DNA of 32,000 nucleotides from Nanobdellota archaeon (GTDB lineage: Archaea; Nanobdellota; Nanobdellia; Nanobdellales; Nanobdellaceae), in NCBI GenBank assembly GCA_042850255.1, contig AP031373.1, positions 270,001 through 302,000 of the forward strand, written 5' to 3'. Positions 8,201 to 15,026 of this stretch are shown here, piece after piece. A program made the position numbers and the translations under genes. Every line of letters begins with the position of its first letter. The stretch's first letter is position 1. Under the pieces are notes generated by a model that did no database searches, had not been told where the DNA came from, and worked only from the letters and a program-made list of their open reading frames with translations.

Positions 8201-10175
8201 CTTTATCTCCATAATGCTCTCTTCCCAATTTTTCTTTAGATACCTTTATTCTCTTAGAAAATATTCCCAAAGATAATAAAGCTAATTGAACTTGTTTTAT
8301 TAAAGTTTCTGATGTAGAATATAATCTTGGATATCCATCTACATGTACATCTCCATCCCCTTCAAATAATCCTCTCAAGAAAGATGCTAATACTTTTTCC
8401 TCAGATTTTAATATATCAGAAGGGATAAATGCTTCTGGAGAACTATTCTTTTTCCATCCTCTCTCTTCAAAATATCTTTCTAAATCTTTTGAAAACCATA
8501 CAACATCCAACCATGTTTTATTGTCTCTAATTTCTCCAGGAGATAAATTAAATGCTTTCTTTATTTTTTCTTCAAAATATTTGAATATCTTTTCATTATT
8601 AAATGACAATATAAATCTTCCATTGCTCCACGCACCTTTTGATATATAGTATCCCAATATTTCTGCTAGATCCTCATCTAAATATTCAGGTACTTTTACA
8701 TCATTTGAATTATAATGAGATTTTTCTATTGGAGGTAACTTTATTTTTTGTCCAATGTGATTTCCCAATGTTAAAATTAAATAATCTCCTTCTTTTATAT
8801 ATTGAGCAGGTTTAAATGTTATTTCTCCTTTTTCATCTACAGTAGCAACCAATTCATCATAAGTTACTTCCAATTCATATCCTCCTTCAGTTACAAATTT
8901 TAATAATTCTTGTTTATCACCAAAAGAACCTATATATGCATCAACATAATCTTTTCCATCATATATACTAATTGGTAATGGAGCATCGTCCTTTGGATTT
9001 GGAACTTTTATTTCATATGGTTTTATAATTCCTTTATCAGTAAATAATGTAGAATCTATTGCTACACATCCCCCCTGTTTGACAACATCTGTTATTGTAT
9101 CTATTATTTTCATAAATGATACAGGACCTGATGCAACACCTCCTGTAGAGGCCACTACATCACCTTCAGGTCTTAATTTAGAATAATTAATTCCTATGCC
9201 TCCTCCTGATTTAAATATTAATGCAGCATCTCTTGCAGCTTTCATTATAGATTCCATGTCATCATCTATATCTATTACAAAACAAGCAGATAGTTGTCCT
9301 AATCTTGCACCCGCATTAAATAATGTTGGGGAATTTGGCATAAATTTTTTAGAAGCCATTAAATCAAAATACTTTAAATAATTTTCATAATATTTATCAA
9401 ATTCTCCTTTTTGTAACATTTCTAAAAATTCTGACCATTTTACTTTCATATGTCCTCTTTTATTCAAATAATCATACAAATATTTCATTCTTTCTAAATG
9501 ATATTTATTCCACTTTAATTTATAACTATTTCCTTCTTTTACCAATCCCAATTTTCCCTCCCATTGTTCAGGTACAAATTCTTCATATTCTTTTACACTT
9601 TGTTTTCCTTCTTTATCATAAATCCTTTCATCATATAAAATATCTGGAATAACAATTAATGCTGCAACTCTTTCAAACATTTGCTTTGGACCTTCTATTA
9701 TATTTTTATTTTCGTCTCTTAATAAATATCTATTAACCATTAATCTAATCGAATTTATAGAAAACTTCTTTGCTACTTCTTCTTCATAAAACTTTCCTAA
9801 TAAATTTATTTTTTCTTGTCTTATTTTTTCTTTTTCTTTTCTATAGGAAATATATGCTTTAGCAACTTCATATAAATCAAATTTTAAAAGAGCTAATTCA
9901 ACTATATCTTGTATCTCTTCTACAGAAGGAGTTTTTATATCATCATATTTTTCTTCTAAAACTTTTATAATATATTCTGTAATTTTTTCCAATAATTCTT
10001 TATTATATTTTCCAGTAGCTCTCATAGCTCTTTCTATAGCATAATATATTCTATAAGGATCAAAATCTACAATTCTTCCATCTCTCTTTATAACTTTTTT
10101 TATCTTGTACGATCTTTGCACCAAAAAAGAAGATGTATCTTTTATATCTTTATTTATAAAATTGTTGTTTGTCAT
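5226..10175 (-). CDS. nrdJ: class II (adenosylcobalamin-type) ribonucleotide reductase NrdJ with ATP-cone, two inteins and C-terminal Cys4 tail
   Basis: ATP-cone VIKRDGRIVDFDPYRI. Extein motifs NSPTLFNAGARLGQLSACFV, SGGGIGINYSKLRPEGD, KQGG/KRRGANMG and ATNP/CGEQPL. C-terminal CPVCGS...CITCLDCG. The extein sum is about 930 aa. Confidence 0.9.
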   Translation of the reverse strand: MTNNNFINKDIKDTSSFLVQRSYKIKKVIKRDGRIVDFDPYRIYYAIERAMRATGKYNKELLEKITEYIIKVLEEKYDDIKTPSVEEIQDIVELALLKFDLYEVAKAYISYRKEKEKIRQEKINLLGKFYEEEVAKKFSINSIRLMVNRYLLRDENKNIIEGPKQMFERVAALIVIPDILYDERIYDKEGKQSVKEYEEFVPEQWEGKLGLVKEGNSYKLKWNKYHLERMKYLYDYLNKRGHMKVKWSEFLEMLQKGEFDKYYENYLKYFDLMASKKFMPNSPTLFNAGARLGQLSACFVIDIDDDMESIMKAARDAALIFKSGGGIGINYSKLRPEGDVVASTGGVASGPVSFMKIIDTITDVVKQGGCVAIDSTLFTDKGIIKPYEIKVPNPKDDAPLPISIYDGKDYVDAYIGSFGDKQELLKFVTEGGYELEVTYDELVATVDEKGEITFKPAQYIKEGDYLILTLGNHIGQKIKLPPIEKSHYNSNDVKVPEYLDEDLAEILGYYISKGAWSNGRFILSFNNEKIFKYFEEKIKKAFNLSPGEIRDNKTWLDVVWFSKDLERYFEERGWKKNSSPEAFIPSDILKSEEKVLASFLRGLFEGDGDVHVDGYPRLYSTSETLIKQVQLALLSLGIFSKRIKVSKEKLGREHYGDKDIYVLYIIDKESIERFKEKIGFISEEKNQKIKFNKKYERIRIIPNPQYKLQLIFDAIKMEDKEKASKFYRKVHKYMLGYRNLSYYSLTRLKKQFPELEKQFDGIYERYIFVKVKKIEKTKKEVFHFETSSGKYTVNGFLIHNKRRGANMGVLESWHADILKFVHAKEKEGVLENFNISVMVEPEFWKYYEENKPYPLLNPRILRKYNYPFPGDPNYNPDNLPKDAIVSYIDPKQLLSEIAYVAWEKADPGCLFMDNINRRNMQYKFRGPIRATNPCVVGDTRVLTPFGYIKIEDLYNLAKIHSKDILYSLDISKGGEKFAYLTNILIPVEENIVYVNTKGKSISYSTLEEKPGYVWKVGYKKVYKVIFDEGLEIEATDDHRFITKDGWKKISDLKAGDKVKLARIDIDNIENYGLKEYKGIKLDYNLGFSIGKNIKENIPEIVYYANSEFVKGFIYGIFVSKGIVENDKIKIIDNIKLLKEIQKLLLLFGILSKIYIENNKHTLIVDNYDLFIKKIVNRVKDNVPGDLYLTVKSVEYVGEKVVYDMTVPEEHIYITNGLISHNCGEQPLYPYESCNLGSINLYAMIDFKDGKPEFNWERYIETIKWAYRFLDNVLDVNKYPIPEIEEGSKAVRRVGLGYMGLADAMFALGIPYSSEEGFKFVMRVTEYLTYYSMLESIERAKTRGVFPKYNETSYKDGELPIEGYYHKELWTLDWDKVVELIKKYGIRNVEVTSIAPTGSISMLVDVSSGIEPQYALVYEKRVTAGVYYYVDVELERQLKERGLYNEEILKKISDNGGSLLGIDEIPDDLKRIFLTALDIPWWDHVRAQAVAQIWITTSISKTINMPSWVTPEDVHGAYVFAYKTGCKGITIYREGSKSAQVYYAPAEVGKNRIRDYLRLIKEGKIENKTLELLKEFGIKVPMWYYELIQDNKKENNIKVNINIPEPKITPENVNNDIKVEKCPVCGSTRLKHQSGCITCLDCGWSECILA
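6513..7376 (-). mobile_element. intein 2 in NrdJ (aa 934-1221, 288 aa), inserted in the TNP/CGEQ active-site motif
   Basis: Starts CVVGDTRVL and has block B LEIEATDDHRF. Blocks F/G read VVYDMTVPEEHIYITNGLISHN, followed by +1 Cys (CGEQPL). Only degenerate LAGLIDADG remnants remain (KGFIYGIFVSKG). Confidence 0.85.
7776..9068 (-). mobile_element. intein 1 in NrdJ (aa 370-800, 431 aa) with LAGLIDADG-type endonuclease region
   Basis: Starts CVAIDSTLF directly after extein KQGG and ends GFLIHN before KRRGANMG. LAGLIDADG-like blocks are LAEILGYYISKGAW and LASFLRGLFEGDGDV. Confidence 0.8.
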
Positions 10176-10267
10176 TTCTGATATATTAAAAAAATCTTTA
10201 TATATTTTGTTTATAAAGGTTTATAAATACCCAAATTTATTAATTTTTTCTTTTATTAACTAATTAA

Positions 10268-10894
10268 TCAGTAAAAATCTTTTATATATGTTTTTTTATT
10301 GCTTATTTCTATTATTTTTATTGTTCTAGCTACATTTACTATTTTTGCATTATTTATTATATCTTCTAATCCTCCAGTTTCATGCATATGACCATGAACA
10401 TTTAATATTACCTTTCTTTCCTTCTCAATAAAATTTCTCAAACTTTCGCTTCCTGAAATGTTTAAAGATGTTAAAGAACCCTTTGGAGGTATATGAGTAA
10501 ATAATATAATATATTTTCCTTTATCTTCTATAGAATATAAGAACTTTTTTAGATCATCTTCATCTACCATAAATAATGGAACATCTGCCCCACCAAATCC
10601 CGCAATTACAATATTATCTTTTATAAAATATTTTCTATGAAGATCTTTTACATTATATAAATATTTTAATTCTTTTATTTGTTCGTATGTTTCATGATTA
10701 CCTGGCAATATTATTATTTTATTTGGATTTATCTTTTCTACCAATTTTTTTATTAAATTTTTCTTTATTTCTCCATAATCTCCAATATCTCCAAGTAATA
10801 TAATATAATCTGCCCCAATTTTTTGATATATATCAATTATCCTATATATCATATCAAAGTCGTTATGTATATCTGAAGCAACAATTATTTTCAT
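10268..10894 (-). CDS. metallophosphoesterase (calcineurin-like, YfcE/MJ0936-type)
   Basis: Motifs SDIHND, LLGDIGDYG, PGNHE, THIPP and VHGHMHE appear in the canonical order. Confidence 0.8.
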   Translation of the reverse strand: MKIIVASDIHNDFDMIYRIIDIYQKIGADYIILLGDIGDYGEIKKNLIKKLVEKINPNKIIILPGNHETYEQIKELKYLYNVKDLHRKYFIKDNIVIAGFGGADVPLFMVDEDDLKKFLYSIEDKGKYIILFTHIPPKGSLTSLNISGSESLRNFIEKERKVILNVHGHMHETGGLEDIINNAKIVNVARTIKIIEISNKKTYIKDFY

Positions 10895-10900
10895 TATATA

Positions 10901-11851
10901 TTATATATATAACTCACTTTTATTTTTTATGTAATTTATCAAATATTCCTTTAATTTATTATAATCAAAAAAGTAAGTTAAATTGTATTTATTTATAAAA
11001 TTTTTAGCTTTTTCCTTATCTTTATCATTAAATAAATCTGATTTAGAAAAATATAATATTATTTCCTTATTAAATATCTTTTTTATATTATTTAATAAAT
11101 TTTCTTGTTCTTTTATGCTATATCCACAAGTTTCTGTAATATCTATTACATATATAATCATATTTGCCAAATAGTCTAATGCCAATATAGCTTTTCTTTC
11201 TATTTCATTCATTTCTTCAATATTTCTATCTAAAATACCAGGAGTGTCTATAACTTGTATATTAAAATATGGTGTTTCTATATATCCTATCATTAAATCT
11301 TTTGTAGTAAATGGATACGGTTCTATTTTTACATTCGAACCTGTTAAATTTTTTAATAAAGTACTTTTTCCAACATTTGGTAAACCTGCAATAACAATTG
11401 TAGGATAATTTTTTATATCTGGAATTTTTCTTCTAGAATTTAAATAAATATTATAATATTTAAATATTTTCCAATTTCTCCTTAAAATACTACTAACTCT
11501 TCCGTAAAATTCTTTTCTATATTCATTTATCTTTTTATTATCTTTAGTTATTTTTATATTATTTTTATATTTTAAATATACGTTTTTTATTATTTTTCTA
11601 ATATATTTTATTCTTTCTTTTAATTTCTTTAAATTAATATTTGGTAAAATTAATTTATATAATTCTATATAAAATTTATTTGAAGGTATATTTATATCAT
11701 TATATATTTTTTCTAATCTAGAATCTATATATTGGTATACTATTTGTATCTTTACTAAATTTTTTTCCCTTATATTATAAATATTTGAAGTATTATTTTT
11801 AGCCCTCTTAAATGCATTATCTATTATTTCTTCTACCAAAAAATATTTCAT
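10901..11851 (-). CDS. NOG1-type GTP-binding protein
   Basis: Helical N-terminal domain followed by a G domain: G1 GLPNVGKSTLL, G3 DTPGILD and a G4-like SKSD. Confidence 0.7.
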   Translation of the reverse strand: MKYFLVEEIIDNAFKRAKNNTSNIYNIREKNLVKIQIVYQYIDSRLEKIYNDINIPSNKFYIELYKLILPNINLKKLKERIKYIRKIIKNVYLKYKNNIKITKDNKKINEYRKEFYGRVSSILRRNWKIFKYYNIYLNSRRKIPDIKNYPTIVIAGLPNVGKSTLLKNLTGSNVKIEPYPFTTKDLMIGYIETPYFNIQVIDTPGILDRNIEEMNEIERKAILALDYLANMIIYVIDITETCGYSIKEQENLLNNIKKIFNKEIILYFSKSDLFNDKDKEKAKNFINKYNLTYFFDYNKLKEYLINYIKNKSELYI

Positions 11852-11858
11852 TAAAAAA

Positions 11859-12299
11859 TTATTCTATGTTAACTTTTTTACCTTGAGAACCTGGCTTTTT
11901 ATTTACCTCTATCCTTAATACTCCGTTTTCATATTTTGCTTTTATACTATCTACATCCGCATCTTCTGGTAAGTTTATTATTCTTTGATATCCAGAAAAT
12001 ATTCTTTCCGCCCTTATATATCCTTCTCCCTTTTCTTTATTTTCTATTTTTCTTTTAGCTACTATTTTTATTGAATGATCAATTACAGATATATCTATAT
12101 CTTTTTTATCTACACCTGGTAAATCTAACTCTATAACATATTTATCACCTTGATCTATTAAATCCATTAATGGTTCTTCATATTCAAATCCTATTGATTT
12201 ATACAAATTTTTATATGCGTTTTTCATCAATCTTTTCATTAATTTCATTTGTCTTTTCCATTCTCTTTCAAATAAATCAAACCAATCGTCTCCGTCCAT
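11859..12299 (-). CDS. small heat shock protein, Hsp20/alpha-crystallin family
   Basis: Alpha-crystallin domain pattern DQGDKYVIELDLPGVDKKDIDISV...AKYENGVLRIEV. Confidence 0.85.
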   Translation of the reverse strand: MDGDDWFDLFEREWKRQMKLMKRLMKNAYKNLYKSIGFEYEEPLMDLIDQGDKYVIELDLPGVDKKDIDISVIDHSIKIVAKRKIENKEKGEGYIRAERIFSGYQRIINLPEDADVDSIKAKYENGVLRIEVNKKPGSQGKKVNIE

Positions 12300-12322
12300 A
12301 TTAATATAATTATTTTTTACTC

Positions 12323-13195
12323 CTATAAACCTTTATAAGAAATTAAACTAAAATAATCTACAATATTTTTTTCATCTCCATTTAGTTCAAATGAACTTAT
12401 ATGATTTAATAATTCTAATTTAACATTAAATATTTTATTATATTCTATAAAAAGTAAAAATGGATATTTTCCGCATATTGATTCGTTATTCTCCAAATAT
12501 TTTAATAATTTCTTCGAATTTAATTCTAATATTATATCTATATATTTTTTATCTTCCTTTTTAATATTTTCATTAATATTTTTGTTATATTTTATATAAC
12601 CATAAAATTCTCCATGATGAGATAAATTTCCTGTAGAGATTAAAATAATTTTTCTATTTAATTCCTTAGATAATTCGTACAATAATTTTGCAAAATCTTT
12701 TAAATTTTCTAAATCTAAATCTTTTATTATAATAGGAACAATTTTTACCTTATCTTTGAATAAATATTTTATAATTGGCAATTGTATTTCTATAGAATAT
12801 TCATATCTGTATACTATTGGATCTTCATAAGCATCAAAATTATTTAGTATTTTTCTAATAAATTCTACATCAGATTTTACTAATCCAAATGGAGTATACC
12901 AATCATCGATTAATAATGATACATTAGGTCCAATTTTATAATGATTTGGTCCTACAATTATAATTGTATTAAAACTAAAGTTTTCATATAATTCTTTATA
13001 AAATTTTATAGAAACTGGCAAAAAATATTTATAATTTGCATGGGGTACTATTCCAGAAATTATTTCTTTATCATTTTTTATTTCTTTAGGTATATAACCA
13101 AACCCATATTTTTTATCTAGGAAAGAATTTTCAATTTGAGAAAGCAAATCTGAAGAATCAAAAGAATAAAAACCCTTTGCATTAGCATATCTCAT
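12323..13195 (-). CDS. MEMO1-family protein (AmmeMemoRadiSam system protein B-like)
   Basis: Motifs GIVPHANYKY, IIVGPNH, EYSIEIQLPII and GNLSHHG match the MEMO family pattern (PHAGY, GPSH, EHSxExQLPF, DLSH). Confidence 0.65.
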   Translation of the reverse strand: MRYANAKGFYSFDSSDLLSQIENSFLDKKYGFGYIPKEIKNDKEIISGIVPHANYKYFLPVSIKFYKELYENFSFNTIIIVGPNHYKIGPNVSLLIDDWYTPFGLVKSDVEFIRKILNNFDAYEDPIVYRYEYSIEIQLPIIKYLFKDKVKIVPIIIKDLDLENLKDFAKLLYELSKELNRKIILISTGNLSHHGEFYGYIKYNKNINENIKKEDKKYIDIILELNSKKLLKYLENNESICGKYPFLLFIEYNKIFNVKLELLNHISSFELNGDEKNIVDYFSLISYKGL

Positions 13196-13245
13196 AATTA
13201 AAAATTAGAAAATGATTTTATTAATCTTTTTATTATATACTTATA

Positions 13246-14061
13246 ATGAAAGCTGGGTTAGAAATACATCAACAAATAAATACTGATAAAAAATTATTTT
13301 GTAATTGCCCAACAGATTTATATGACAATTATAAACATAGAATCTTAAGAAAGTTAAGAGTAACACAGAGTGAAACAGGAAAAGTAGATATTGCTGCTGA
13401 ATATGAAACAATGAAGGATAAAAAATATATATACGAATATTCTCCAGAATATTCGTGTTTAGTTGAATTAGATGAAGAACCTCCTCACTTAATTAATTTA
13501 GATGCATTAAAATTTGGAATATTAATTTCTACATATTTTAATATGTATATACCAAAGGTATTACAAGTAATGAGAAAAATTGTAGTAGATGGTTCTAATA
13601 CATCAGGTTTCCAGAGAACATTATTATTATCATTAAATGGAGAATTAAATTATAAAGGTAAGAAAATTGGGATAAGTACAATATGTATTGAGGAAGATGC
13701 TGCTAGAAAAATTGAAGATGGAGAAGATTATATAATTTATAGATTAGATAGATTAGGAATTCCATTAATAGAAATATCTACAGATCCTGATTTAAAAGAT
13801 CCAAAAGAAGTAAAAGAAGTTGCTGAATATATAGGATTAATATTAAGATTAACTGGAAGAGTAAAAAGAGGACTTGGTACTATAAGACAGGATTTAAATA
13901 TTTCAATTGAAGGAGGAGAAAAAGTTGAAATAAAAGGGGTACAGAATTTAAAAATAATGGATAAAATTGCTGAAAATGAAGTTAAAAGGCAGGAAAAAAT
14001 ATTGGAGTGGGGAAAATTGGTAAAAGAAAGAGGAATTGAAGGTTATGAATTAGAAGAATAA
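13246..14061 (+). CDS. gatE: Glu-tRNA(Gln) amidotransferase subunit E, N-terminal part only (271 aa)
   Basis: KAGLEIHQQINTDKKLFCNCPT, VVDGSNTSGFQRT and EGGEKVEIKGVQNL are typical of the GatE N-terminal region. Full-length GatE is about 600+ aa, and this ORF stops cleanly with unrelated genes following. Confidence 0.8.
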   Translation: MKAGLEIHQQINTDKKLFCNCPTDLYDNYKHRILRKLRVTQSETGKVDIAAEYETMKDKKYIYEYSPEYSCLVELDEEPPHLINLDALKFGILISTYFNMYIPKVLQVMRKIVVDGSNTSGFQRTLLLSLNGELNYKGKKIGISTICIEEDAARKIEDGEDYIIYRLDRLGIPLIEISTDPDLKDPKEVKEVAEYIGLILRLTGRVKRGLGTIRQDLNISIEGGEKVEIKGVQNLKIMDKIAENEVKRQEKILEWGKLVKERGIEGYELEE

Positions 14062-14092
14062 ATTTATATTTTTTAATAAATCTATTTATTAA

Positions 14093-14572
14093 ATGAAAAG
14101 TCAGTTTGGGACAATAATAGTAGAGATAATATTATTTATAGTTGCTGCAATTGCTGCTTATATATTTATATCTGTTGCATATACAAACCTAAATGGAATA
14201 AATAATGCTGCGATAGCAAATTCTAAATCATTAGAAAATCAATTAAATACATATATAACATTAGATTCTTGTGCATACAATTCTTCTACAAATTTATTAT
14301 ATTTTTATGTAACAAATAGAGGAAATGTTGTATTAAATCAAAATTTAACATTATTATTTATTAATGGACAATTGATAAATAATACAATAATACAAATTGC
14401 AAATAGTTATACAGGAACAAATGCATGGGGACCTTATGATACAATAGTAATAATAACAAATATATCAATTTCTACAGGATTTTATAATGTAAAAGTTGTA
14501 GCAGATACAGGAGCATATGCACAGAATATTATTTATGTCAATACTACTTCAAGTACATGTACAATAGAATGA
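14093..14572 (+). CDS. FlaF/FlaG (ArlF/ArlG)-like protein with N-terminal hydrophobic anchor
   Basis: MKSQFGTIIVEIILFIVAAIAAYIF followed by a beta-rich module (LYFYVTNRGNVVLNQNLTLLFINGQ, WGPYDTIVII, YNVKVVADTGAYA) resembling archaellum accessory proteins FlaF/FlaG. Confidence 0.5.
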   Translation: MKSQFGTIIVEIILFIVAAIAAYIFISVAYTNLNGINNAAIANSKSLENQLNTYITLDSCAYNSSTNLLYFYVTNRGNVVLNQNLTLLFINGQLINNTIIQIANSYTGTNAWGPYDTIVIITNISISTGFYNVKVVADTGAYAQNIIYVNTTSSTCTIE

Positions 14573-15015
14573 AATCTGATTTAGGTTCAATAATTGGAGC
14601 AATAATTGGATTTATAATTTTTTCATTATCTATATCTATATTATATATAATATTAAATAATTATTTTAATAATTATACAAAAACATCAAATGCAATTGCT
14701 TCTGAAATAAAAAATATTATAGGAGAAAATATAGAATTTTTAAATAATCAAACAAATTTTTCTTCTCCTTATTTAATAATATATAATAATGGGAATAAAG
14801 CATTGGATCTATCTTGTTTTCAATTATATGTTAATGGTTATTTAACTCCATTTAATTATTCCATAAATTATTTATATCCTTCTAATTTTCTATTACCTAA
14901 TGAGAATGCAACAATTTATTTTTCTAATCAATATTTAATAAATAATTCTTGGAATTATATTATATTAGTATCTTGCTATGGGGTTAAGTTTCAAACTTTA
15001 ATATTTTCAAGTTAG
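14569..15015 (+). CDS. FlaF/FlaG (ArlF/ArlG)-like protein, paralog of the preceding gene
   Basis: The preferred start is the second Met (MKSDLGSIIGAIIGFIIF), which gives an ATGA start/stop overlap with the upstream gene. The module LIIYNNGNKALDLSCFQLYVNGY...LLPNENATIYF...VSCYGVKFQ follows. Confidence 0.5.
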   Translation: MKSDLGSIIGAIIGFIIFSLSISILYIILNNYFNNYTKTSNAIASEIKNIIGENIEFLNNQTNFSSPYLIIYNNGNKALDLSCFQLYVNGYLTPFNYSINYLYPSNFLLPNENATIYFSNQYLINNSWNYIILVSCYGVKFQTLIFSS

Positions 15016-15026
15016 TTTAATATAAT

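Noticed and set aside
14557-14568. Upstream start (MYNR...) for the second FlaF/G-like gene
   Set aside because: The Met at 14569 gives an N-terminus parallel to the first gene (MKS...) and an ATGA stop/start overlap, so the four extra codons are probably not translated. Uncertain.
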